Assembly: GCA_951406725.2 (NCBI GenBank)
Contig: OX597814.1
Location: forward strand, 31,682,001 to 31,746,000
Length of the DNA: 64,000 bases
Source: Octopus vulgaris
Taxonomy: Eukaryota
Reading direction: 5' to 3'
Below are positions 52,701 to 64,000 of this stretch, piece by piece. Position 1 is the stretch's first letter. The number at the start of each line of letters is the position of its first letter. The translations under genes and the position numbers were made by a program. The notes beneath the pieces are model-generated. The model was not told the DNA's origin. It worked only from the letters and a program-made list of their open reading frames with translations, and did not search any database.

Positions 52701-54388
52701 AAAAATTAAAATAGTCAAAGACCATTTTAAAGTTCAACATCAACAATAAAGGAACGGCCATAATAGGCCATTCACCCACTAGAAATAACAGCCAAAGCTT
52801 CAACCGCAAATAAAAGTTAATTCAGTAAACCAGGAGAAAATTTAAAAAACATTTACCCTGTAATTTCTTATACGATATACCGTTTCATCTGCTGATTAAT
52901 GGTAAACTAACCTGATTAAATTAAATCAAGCCAATCTTCCACAGGCCCTCAGATTCTTCAGTAAGAAATAGCCCAAGACGGAACAGATATTTTCACGAGG
53001 CATTTCCAACGTTGCCAAGTTAATATCTGACCTAAAATTTTCAAATCGTCGCACTCGCGCCAAATTTATCGGCAGCAAATAAATATAAGCCGTCGATTCC
53101 ATTACGGAATTAACCAGAAAATTCATAATTAATCAATATAGGGTGGCAAAAAAATTTTGTAGAATTCTTTTGCCACCAGCGGCCTAGTAGGAAAAAATTA
53201 AAATAGTCAAAGACCATTTTTAAGTTCAACATCAACAATAAAGGAACGGCCATAATAGGCCATTCACCCACTAGAAATAACAGCCAAAGCTTCAACCGCA
53301 AATAAAAGTTAATTCAGTAAACCAAGAGAAAATTTAAAAAACATTTACCCTGTAATTTCTTATACGATATACCGTTTCATCTGTTGATTAATGGTAAACT
53401 AACCTGATTAAATTAAATCAAGCCAATCTTCCACAGGCCCTCAGATTCTTCAGTAAGAAATAGCCCAAGACGGAACAGATATTTTCACGAGGCATTTCCG
53501 ACGTTGCCAAGTTAATATCTGACCTAAAATTTTCAAATCGTCGCACTCGCACCAAATTTATCGGCAGCAAATAAATATAAGCCGTCGATTCCATTACGGA
53601 ATTAACCAGAAAATTCATAATTAATCAATATAGGGTGGCAAAAAAATTTTGTAGAATTCTTTTGCCACCAGCGGCCTAGTAGGAAAAAATTAAAATAGTC
53701 AAAGACCATTTTTAAGTTCAACATCAACAATAAAGGAACGGCCATAATAGGCCATTCACCCACTAGAAATAACAGCCAAAGCTTCAACCGCAAATAAAAG
53801 TTAATTCAGTAAACCAGGAGAAAATTTAAAAAACATTTACCCTGTAATTTCTTATACGATATACCGTTTCATCTGCTGATTAATGGTAAACTAACCTGAT
53901 TAAATTAAATCAAGCCAATCTTCCACAGGCCCTCAGATTCTTCAGTAAGAAATAGCCCAAGACGGAACAGATATTTTCACGAGGCATTTCCGACGTTGCC
54001 AAGTTAATATCTGACCTAAAATTTTCAAATCGTCGCACTCGCGCCAAATTTATCGGCAGCAAATAAATATAAGCCGTCGATTCCATTACGGAATTAACCA
54101 GAAAATTCATAATTAATCAATATAGGGTGGCAAAAAAAATTTTGTAGAATTCTTTTGCCACCAGCGGCCTAGTAGGAAAAAATTAAAATAGTCAAAGACC
54201 ATTTTTAAGTTCAACATCAACAATAAAGGAACGGCCATAATAGGCCATTCACCCACTAGAAATAACAGCCAAAGCTTCAACCGCAAATAAAAGTTAATTC
54301 AGTAAACCAGGAGAAAATTTAAAAAACATTTACCCTGTAATTTCTTATACGATATACCGTTTCATCTGCTGATTAATGGTAAACTAAC
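49781..54388 (-). repeat. Tandem array of 9 full plus 1 partial 492-494-bp units, retrozyme/PLE-terminal-repeat-like
   Basis: Units start at 49781, 50274, 50767, 51260, 51752, 52245, 52739, 53231, 53723 and 54216; only a handful of differences per unit; (TA)n on both sides. Confidence 0.98.
49905..50011 (-). ncRNA. Type I hammerhead ribozyme with extended stem II, first of nine (others start at 50398, 50891, 51384, 51876, 52369, 52863, 53355, 53847)
   Basis: Minus: ATTTCTTA-CTGAAGA-ATCTG[58 nt]CAGAT-GAA-ACGG(TATA)TCGT-A-TAAGAAAT. 8-bp stem I, intact core, GUA cleavage predicted between 49913 and 49912. Confidence 0.88.
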
Positions 54389-54396
54389 TATATTGA

Positions 54397-54467
<71 letters not shown>

Positions 54468-56497
54468 TGTATGTATAGGTATGTATAGATGTGTGTGAGT
54501 GTATTTCTGTGTGTATATATGTATATACACACACAAATACACTCACATACATCTATAAATACATACACGCGCGAGTCTATGTATTTATGATGTTTAAACA
54601 ATTGTTTGTGGACGATTACGTTCCAACCCAAAGCATAAGATGAAATTTCATGATTATATATTCGCTTTAATATAGAGATTTGTGGTGAGAAATGAGATTA
54701 CCTTCAGACTGGATACATGGCATGAATGCTTCGCATAAAGTTTATTCTGTTAAAGGTATCAAAGGGTAGGCCGTGGTGTCAAAGTAGATACGGGTCAATT
54801 CTTCTGTTCTAAATATCACAGTTTTCTGCTCATGAAAGTCTGACTAGCTTTAATTCGACAGTGAATGACTGTTGTTAAAGAAATTGGCTTTTCTTAGACG
54901 GTAGGCTAGGCTATGATTACGAGTTTTCTTACAAAGTAATGTTGATGTATTATCAATTCCTTAAATCCAAAGTTTTACATCTTTTACAAATGTTAAATAC
55001 ATTACTATTAATTGCATAAGTATGTCTAAATGAAACATATTTAGAAGTTTTAATAATCGTAAATATATCGACAAAGAGCTGAGATAGCAATCTCTAAGAT
55101 ATCAGATTTAAATTTTAAAAAGACACACCATCGATAGTTAAACTTGTTATGGTAACGTTAACCTCGTCATATATAACAAAAATAATGAAATGGCGTGCAA
55201 TATACACCATGTAAAGAAACATTGTTATATATGTATTCGTAATACATTTGTTGATATTTATGAGCAACATCCTCAAACTTGATGGAGCAGACTTACAAGA
55301 TAAGGCATTCTGTGCACGATATTCATTCATATTTAACTGGAAAAACATTATCTTCTTGTGCTTCCAATTTTAGGGTCATGATCTTCTAGGATATTTAGCT
55401 GCTATTTCTAACAGATTGACATTTTGGAAGTTCTTTCGTTGGCTCTTTATTTATTTTGGCCTGTAGGTGTGTTCCCGATATCATGCTGGCGAGTTATTCA
55501 TTATATCTAATGTTAGCTTCCACTATTCAAGAAAGTCAAGATAATTTTATGCCAATGGTAATTTTTAGCTTCACTTGATTCCATTGAAATAATCAACAGC
55601 TGTCTCAGACAGTAAATATGGTTTCAAAGGTCTCTGTAGAAAAAGACAACTTAAAAGAATATATTTTGTATAAGCAGTTAATAGTCGCGATCCTGAGGGC
55701 TGATATATCTCGTATGACTATCTAATAGACTTATATAAATCTCTTGTAAAATTAAACTTATCAAGAATTATAAATAAACGGAATCGGCTGCATTGTATAT
55801 GATTTATTTCTGGTTTCTAGGGGAGATGCTTATATTTGAAAGGAGAGTAGTTTCATGATACAATTTACTGAAAGAAACTATATTCGTATACTTCATTGAC
55901 GTTCGTTTCACTTGATGATATCGCCCAGAAATTTTATATATGATCTACTGGTTTAGAGATGGTATTATTAACAAAACAGCAATTCCGTTTAAATGAGAAA
56001 TAAAAATGGATAAAATGCTAAATTTAAATGATGATATTTTTTGCTACTGTACCTGTCTAGTAATTGACATTTGAAAATTTTTGCATGCTATAACACTACA
56101 TGCTTTTAAATCTCCCGACAATCTCTTTCTTTCTCTCTTTATCTCTCTCTATCTCTCATTCTGTCATCGACAGTTACACAGGGGACATTTACAAACATTC
56201 TGGAGTAAAAATGTGTCAACAAAAATTGTAAAATGTGGTATTTTGTGGTTTGATAAAATATACGACAAAACGCTAATTCCATTAGTTTAATTAATCTTAG
56301 TGCTTACGGGTAAGCTGTTGGAATAGCTATAGATATTTAAGTTTATTCTTGTACATTTCTGACCTCATATACATACAGACATATGCCATCACTCACGCAC
56401 ACATTCATATATTGTTGCATATATATGTGCGTGTGAATGTATCTTTCTCCTTTTCTCCCCCCCCCTCTCTCTCTCTCCATCTATCTATCTATATATC

Positions 56498-56528
<31 letters not shown>

Positions 56529-56553
56529 ATATACACACGCACACACACACGCG

Positions 56554-56611
<58 letters not shown>

Positions 56612-56960
56612 AATGTATATATACACACACAAACACACATATACACATGCACACATACAAATATACAGATTGGTGTTCAACCTAATCTGTGTCCTCATAA
56701 TTTCTTTAAGAATGCATATTTATTTTGATGAAATTTTGTAGCGATAAATTTCCCATTGTGCACATTACGGTTATGTTCATACCTTAAAAATAATTTTTAT
56801 AATCGGGGGCGCGTTGACTATTTTCCACTTCACATACTTCTCCCCTTCCGATTCTTATTAAATGCATATATTTAAATGACATTTTGCACACAAGTTTTCG
56901 ATAAATGTGGAATTAAAAATTTTTTATTAAATTGTTAACCAGGCATACACACCAAGTCAT

Positions 56961-57347
56961 TTTCTTCTTTCACTCCGTCGGTTACGACGACGAGGGTTCC
57001 GGTTGATCCGAATCAACGGAACAGCCTGCTCGTGAAATTAACGTGTAAGTGGCTGAGCACTCCACAGACACGTGTAACTTTAACGTAGTTCTCGGGGATA
57101 TTCAGCGTGACACAGAGAGTGACAAGGCCGGCCCTTTGAAATACAGGTACAACAGAAACAGGAAGTAAGAGTGAGAGAAAGTTGTGGTGAAAGAGTACAG
57201 CAGGGATCACCGCCATCCCCTGCCGGAGCCGCGTGGAGCTTTAGGTGTTTTCGCTCAATAAACACTCACAACGCCCGGTCTGGGAATCGAAACCACGATC
57301 CTATGACCGCGGGTCCGCTGCCCTAACCATTGGGCCATTGCGCCTCC
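56961..57347 (-). mobile_element. SINE family B, full length with 14-bp TSD
   Basis: A/B boxes on the minus strand at 57280-57340; acacaccaagtcat at both 56947-56960 and 57348-57361. Confidence 0.95.
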
Positions 57348-57390
57348 ACACACCAAGTCATACATTTTATTTTACACAAGCATGTATGTA

Positions 57391-57607
57391 CGAGGGGTTG
57401 TTGAAAATTTCCTGCTTTAAGAGTTATCGCGAAAGACCTTGCTGGAGGCTCAACTTCCGAATTCTTTTACAGGGCTTGGAAAAACTGAAGAACTGCTGCA
57501 ATAAGTGTGTGAATCTGAAAGGGGAATATGTTGAATAAAATGGTAGATATCTGATTTTCCAGTATTTTTTTTTTACCCAAAGCCAAGCAATTTTCAATAT
57601 CCTCTCG
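57391..57607 (+). mobile_element. Mariner-derived MITE
   Basis: TA|cgaggggttgttgaaaa ... ttttcaatatcctctcg|TA; retains the transposase C-terminus GLEKLKNCCNKCVNLKGEYVE*. Confidence 0.85.
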
Positions 57608-57612
57608 TATTT

Positions 57613-57773
57613 CGCAGGAGTGGCTGTGTGGTAAATAGCTTGCTAACCAACCACATGGTTCCCGGTTCAGTCCCGCTGCGTGGCATCTTGGGCAAATGTC
57701 TTCTGCTATAGCCCCGGGCCGGCCAATGCCTTATGAGTGGATTTGGTAGACGGAAACTGAAAGAAGCCTGTAG

Positions 57774-57806
<33 letters not shown>

Positions 57807-57997
57807 TTGTCCCCCTAGCATTGCTTGACAACCGATGCTGGTGTGTTTACGTCCCCGTAACTTAGCGGTTCGGCAAAAGAGACTGATAGAATAAGTACTG
57901 GGCTTACAAAGAATAAGTCCCGGGGTCGATTTGCTCGACTAAAGGCGGTGCTTCAGCATGGCCGCAGTCAAATGACTGAAACAAGTAAAAGAGAGTA
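57613..57997 (+). mobile_element. SINE family A
   Basis: Head, internal microsatellite and tail as in other copies. Confidence 0.95.
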
Positions 57998-58489
57998 CAA
58001 CACCTCTGTAATTTTTCTTCCTCATCATCCAACTTTGTGATTATACTCATCCATTTAGTATGCTGCGTACTTTGACAAATTTTCACCACCAAGACGACTA
58101 CTTATTGTTCGCATCCTGCACCCCTTATTCTAACTATCTTTTGTACCATTCGTTTACTCTTTCTTCCCGTCTATTAATACAATGTAACACGTGACTAGAG
58201 AAATCAAAAGGCCAGCCACTCATCTAACCTAACAACAAACCAATGTATATAGATATTGGCAATTAAATAAAGATGTATATTGTAAGGAATACAAAAGAAT
58301 ATTAAGCTTGAAATATCACTGACAGAAAATTCTATGTCGACTTAATCACATAATATGGAATGCAGTTTGTCAGTAATATCGAAATCAGGCATTGGCAAGA
58401 GTTAGCAGTTTTAGTAGTGCGATGTTAAAATTTATGCCATATTTCTAGGTAATTTGACATCAGGAAGATGTCACTAATCTACAATACCA

Positions 58490-58890
58490 CTATTTTATGA
58501 AAACAAGGATTGCACAACATATAGACACTACCATAGCCTGCCCTAGGTCCAGACGTCAACCCCATAGAGCACCTGTAGGACGAAATCCAAAGCAGGCAAA
58601 AGACGTCCGTCCAAGGCCGACAACTGCGGAACAACTCACTGCAAGTTTTAACAGAGTGTGGGCTGCTATCCCCATGGCCTTCATCAATCGTTTGGTGCAT
58701 TCAATATACAGAAGATGCTTGGCAGTAACCAGCGCTAACGGTGGTCCACTCCGTCATCACGTGACACCATATGACGTCAAATATGTTTCAGGAAATGATG
58801 TTTCATCATTAAGAATGACGGTTTCTTAATTCATACTCTTCAATCAATGCTATGACAGTCTATGTGTTCGACGTTATTTTTGTGGTTCAG
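58490..58890 (+). pseudogene. Tc1-like transposase C-terminal remnant
   Basis: Frameshifted PDVNPIEHL followed by RPRPTTAEQLTASFNRVWAAIPMAFINRLVHSIYRRCLAVTSANGG. Confidence 0.85.
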
Positions 58891-58923
58891 TTTATATATA
58901 ATTATATGCGTACATACATACAC

Positions 58924-58960
<37 letters not shown>

Positions 58961-59125
58961 GGCGCAGGAGTGGCTGTGTGGTAAGTAGCTTGCTAACCAA
59001 CCACATGGTTCCGGGTTCAGTCCCACTGCGTGGCATCTTGGGCAAGTGACTTCTGCTATAGCCCCGGGCCGACCAAAGCCTTGTTAGTGGATTTGGTAGA
59101 CGGAAACTGAAAGAAGCCTGTCGTA

Positions 59126-59170
<45 letters not shown>

Positions 59171-59395
59171 ATGTGTTTGTGTGTCTGTGTTTGTCCCGCT
59201 AGCATTGCTTGACAACCGATGTTGGTGTGTTTACGTCCCCATCACTTAGCGGTTCGGCAAAAAGAGACCGATAGAATAAGTACTGGGCTTACAAAGAATA
59301 AGTTCCGGGGTCGATTTGTTCGATTACAGGCGGTGCTCCAGCATGGCCGCTGTCAAATGACTGAAACATGTAAAAGAGTAAAAGAGTAAAGAGTA
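58961..59395 (+). mobile_element. SINE family A, full length (tRNA-like head, CORE-like block, internal microsatellite)
   Basis: ggcgcaggagtggctgtgtggtaag (A box), gggttcagtccc (B box), cttgggcaagt, internal (TA)n(TG)n and (AAAAGAGT)n tail. Confidence 0.95.
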
Positions 59396-59411
59396 TATAT
59401 ATATATTTATA

Positions 59412-59455
<44 letters not shown>

Positions 59456-59540
59456 GAAGAGATAAAATAGCGAGCGATAGAGAGAGATGTACAAACATAT
59501 TTACACACATACACATTTGTTATATGTGTATAAATATAGA

Positions 59541-59800
59541 AATAATGTTTATCGCTACTCAACATGGCTGTTCCGTGTGAAATGACATTACTATTATTTT
59601 TAATCCCAAGAGAAAACCCTCCTGTAGCTGGTTATCGATGCAATCAACACCCGATTGAATCAGAGGAGTGATTCTCTACTACCTACTAGCGACTTGTCAG
59701 GACCAGCAGACCACCAGGCTTCTGCTTCCTCTTGGGGTCAAAAATAGTAGTGACGTCGGTTCGTACGGAACAGCCATGTTGATGTGGCAATAAATATTAC
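59541..59800. repeat. Short element with ~40-bp inverted ends
   Basis: tcaacatggctgttccgt versus acggaacagccatgttga, with flanking similarity. Confidence 0.75.
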
Positions 59801-60113
59801 TTCTCAGTATAAAAGTTCATCTCTTATAGAGACATTCTGACTAGCTACTTCGCTTGTATAAATTTAGATATACTTACGAATATTCTCGTACTGAATGCAG
59901 TATATCCTTCTGAATAGATGCAGATACACCATTTTAAAGACGCGGTGCATTTGTTTATATAGACAAACAAAGTATATGCGTGTATATGTGATGCATATTG
60001 CATCTACACGTGGTATATAGGATATTGCTTTGTAGGTATGATATAGATTCCCCTATTTTTGAATTATACGTATGCAGATCATGATTATTTACACTTAGAA
60101 TTTGAAGAGGTAA

Positions 60114-60151
<38 letters not shown>

Positions 60152-60238
60152 TATAAATAAATATATATATGTATGTATGTATACAGAGAGAGATAGAGAG
60201 AGAGTGAGATATAGCTTGATAGATACATAGAGACAGAC

Positions 60239-60293
<55 letters not shown>

Positions 60294-60848
60294 GAGATAG
60301 ATAGATAGATAGACAGACAGATAGACATAGATATATGTCAGTCACTCAAAGAAGCTCGCTAATGGAAAAGAAATATTACATTAAACACATGAACTTAAAC
60401 ACTAAAACCTACACATAAACCCATACATATACAATTTTCGATACAAGCATATACCTACTTACGTGTGTATATATTTATAAATAACATAATAACGCAATTC
60501 GCAAGCTATTTTTCTGTTTCGGAAAGGAATATTTAATTAAAATTTTCAAGAAATATTTAGTAAAGAGAAAAAAAAAAATAAAGAATGAAAATGGAGAATT
60601 GACTTTTAAACAAAAGAATTTAATATATATTTTTTTTTCTCTTAACCATTCTTAGCTTCCCAAAACAATTCACTTGAATTCGCCCAAGAAAATACCAATA
60701 TTGGACATTCTATTTCAGCAATAAATCATATTCTAAATGAAGATTGATTGTCTTCATCGGAAGCTAATTAGGGTATTGTTTTAAATAACATTTACCAAAG
60801 CCTCCGGCATCTATATTCGCCACGATGTTATGAATACACACACACACG

Positions 60849-60885
<37 letters not shown>

Positions 60886-60960
60886 GCACATATTTTATAT
60901 GCATATCTTATGTATACATACATAAATATGTCTATATATATATGTATATATATACGTACA

Positions 60961-61036
<76 letters not shown>

Positions 61037-61314
61037 AATGTATATATGTACACACACTCACACACATACATATAAACGTAGACTAACTGAGGGAAAGGGA
61101 GCGGTATAGGGAATAATAGCCGTACAAGATTATATATATACCTATGCATGTATGTTTGTGTGTATACGTGTGTGTGCCTTTCTATACTTGCTTACATATA
61201 TAAACATTCGTATATTTCATTGTTTCTCTCATACATATAAGAGCATAGTCCTCTTTCACTCTGTCAGCCTGCCTCCTTCTCTCTCTCTCTCTTTCGCTAT
61301 ATATATATATACAT

Positions 61315-61437
<123 letters not shown>

Positions 61438-61737
61438 CATATATACATCATATATACACACACATATATATATATTAAGAGAGAGGGGGAGAGAGATACT
61501 GAAAGAACGAGCCAAGCACTAAGTAGGCATATGAATTTATATATACATAGATGCATGTGTAGAATTTATAATACGCTGACGGGTTAGGATTCACGGGATA
61601 TTAAAACGAGTAAGTAGAAGCAAATATTCATAATAGAGCAAGTATGCTCATTTTATAATTTAACTATAGTGAAAAATAGTAGCGAAATATTGTAAATGTC
61701 AGGAAAACTTATATCCTTGAGTTAGTTTTGTAAGACG

Positions 61738-61894
61738 GGAGTGGCTGTGTGGTAAGTAGCTTGCTAACCAACCACATGGTTCCGGGTTCAGTCCCACTGC
61801 GTGGCATCTTGGGCAAGTGTCTTCTGCCATAGCCCCGGGCCGACCAATGCCTTGTGAGTGGATTTGGTAGACGGAAACTGAAAGAAGCCTGTCG

Positions 61895-61931
<37 letters not shown>

Positions 61932-62165
61932 GTGTGTGTGTGTGTGTGTGTGTCTGTGTTTGTCCCCCTAGCATTGCTGGACAACCGATGCTGATGTGTT
62001 TACCTCCCCGTCACTTAGCGGTTCGGCAAAAAGAGACCGATAGAATAAGTACTGGGCTTACAAAGAATAAGTCCCGGGGTTGATTTGCTCGACTAAAGGC
62101 GGTGCTCCAGCATGGCCGCAGTCAAATGACTGAAACAAGTAAAAGAGTAAAAGAGTAAAAGAGTA
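61738..62165 (+). mobile_element. SINE family A
   Basis: Near identical to 58961-59395. Confidence 0.95.
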
Positions 62166-62359
62166 AGGCAGGTACATGTCATGAAGCTCCTTAAAAGATG
62201 TCTAAATCAGGTTTAACCGATATTAAATAGAAATTGAAAAGCCATTGACCCAGGTAAGACTTAATGTACAGTAATCTTTGAAAAAGCATCTTAAAAATAA
62301 ATTCAGAGTATCTTCTGGAGCTGTCAGTATGACGGCTTTATGTATGTTATTATTCAGTT

Positions 62360-63535
62360 TTATTTCAAAATTTCTTGCCAATATAGAAGCAGCCGGTTTC
62401 TAACCTAGATCCAAGGTTATTTTATTGGAACTTCAACATCAACAACAGAATATTTTTGCATACATGTATGTATACGTGCATATTTGTATGTTTGGTTTAT
62501 ATATGTCTTCTCATGCATATTCTTGCATATCTAGACATGATCATATATATTTAAATGACAAATTCCAGGCAAGTTTTACAGAATTTTACAGTTCCAGGGA
62601 TGGTTTGGATCTGTAGTCTTCGAATCAGCTTTCTCCTTTCCGATTTTGAGAAGCCTAATTTCTCAAGATTGTTATTTAAACAGTTTGTTACATATCCCAG
62701 AGCCCCAATAATTACAGGTATAAACTTGAGCATGTAATCTGGATAAAGTAACTGTAGATTTCTCAATAGTTCAGCTCAGATAATCTCTATTTGACTGATC
62801 TTCAGCTGTGTTTTAACATCCACTGGCCGGCTGATTTCCACAACTGTACACAGTCTCTCTTCTCTATTTCAAATCATTATATCAGGCGTATTGTGTTAAC
62901 ATTTTATTGAGGTTTTCACTGAGACTTTCTACCAGTACTCCTTTTCATTATGAGTGGCTATAGCTTCTACCATCCTGTGGGTTCTTATTTCTTTGACCTC
63001 GAGTTATCCTTTCGACGGATCTCGTTACAGTGGCCTAGCTACATCATGTCTCATCGATAGATAATACAGTGATGGTGTTTTCGGACAACTACTTATGATG
63101 TACGTGATATATACGGTGTTAACAACGGCAAAGTCTGCACCAGTTTTCCGATTTAATGATTTTTCTGCACCTGTATCCCTTTTGTGCATCAAGTATTTGG
63201 TTGATATTTGCTGGATTGCAAACGCATATCCTTCAAAGTAGGAGCGAGGTAGTAATCCAGTTGATGCCCCATGTTAGACTGCTTTATGATCAATGTTACT
63301 ATCATCTCGGAGCTTTCTACTAACATATCCATGCATAACCTTCTGCTCATATACGCTCATCCTTTATCTGATGATATGTTGCCGTAGAGTCGTGTGACTT
63401 CTTTGGGCATATTTTAAGGTGATCAGACAAAGAACGCCATTCATAGAGCAGTCTTCCAAATTTTATGATGTTATCAGTTTCATATATGCAAACTTGGTTA
63501 AGGGATGCACTTCGACACTTGGTGGTTAAAAGATG
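62360..63535 (-). pseudogene. 3' part of an RLE-type (R4/Dong-like) non-LTR retrotransposon
   Basis: CRLC..SSCP zinc-knuckle remnant, MRHDVA, HNTPDIMI..CTVVEIS (PD-(D/E)xK-type) and FIPVIIGALG, followed by a 3' UTR. Confidence 0.85.
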
Positions 63536-64000
63536 TTATATATATATATATATAGAAAAATTGGTTTCAAATTGTTTTGTATATAAAGAAAAGTAAAATT
63601 GTTTAAACGGTGGTTACTTGTTTTACATTAGAAATTGTCTTTGGGTGTCAAATTATTGTATAAGAAAAAGATAGTATAGATCTGTTATGGAAAAGAAGCA
63701 GAAGATGAAATGTTAATTTACTTCAGCTTAAAACATGTCAAATTAACTGACAGGGGATTTTCATATTCGTTACATGAATTACTTTTTGAATTTGATATTG
63801 GAAATTTAAGCGAATGTCTAACTTCTGCCGAAAGAGAATAACTGACAGAAACATTTCAGTCTGGGACCCACCAAAATATCGGAAAATATATCTTCAAAAG
63901 AAATGTCACTGTTTGCAGCTTAGCGGTTAAGCTTATTGAAAGAAATGTGCTCTCGACATATGATGTGTCACTCATCACAATTATAAAGGCAAGCCGATCC

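Noticed and set aside
49968-54110. Repeated 66-aa ORF (MNFLVNSV...) and 63-aa ORF in the array
   Set aside because: No recognisable domain; recurrence only reflects unit identity. The 63-aa ORF depends on A-tract length, and none of the observed tract lengths fuses the two frames.
49781-54388. CRISPR-like or 5S/tRNA/snRNA gene array
   Set aside because: No unique spacers and no recognisable 5S, tRNA or snRNA sequence in the unit.

Overview
AT-rich, microsatellite-saturated animal non-coding DNA. The tRNA-derived SINE families resemble those of Octopus (inference from SINE sequence). No intact host protein-coding gene is supportable; most ORFs in the track are translations of (TA)n/(CA)n/(CATA)n. 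The window holds three or four SINE families, decayed LINEs (R4/Dong-like RLE type and CR1-like APE type), mariner/Tc1 remnants, two non-autonomous Helitron copies and Penelope-like element (PLE) debris (GIY-YIG and RT fragments). The main unexplained signal is RNA structure. A near-homogeneous array of about 9.35 x 493-bp units (49781-54388) carries, on the minus strand of every full unit, a canonical type I hammerhead ribozyme with a long branched stem II, i.e. a candidate retrozyme/circular-RNA array. About 15 further hammerhead-like motifs of at least seven distinct sequence types lie in short (TA)n-anchored, often fold-back elements, including C3-G8 to G3-C8 and U3-A8 covariant cores. All structures were read by eye and not computed; some element boundaries are approximate.
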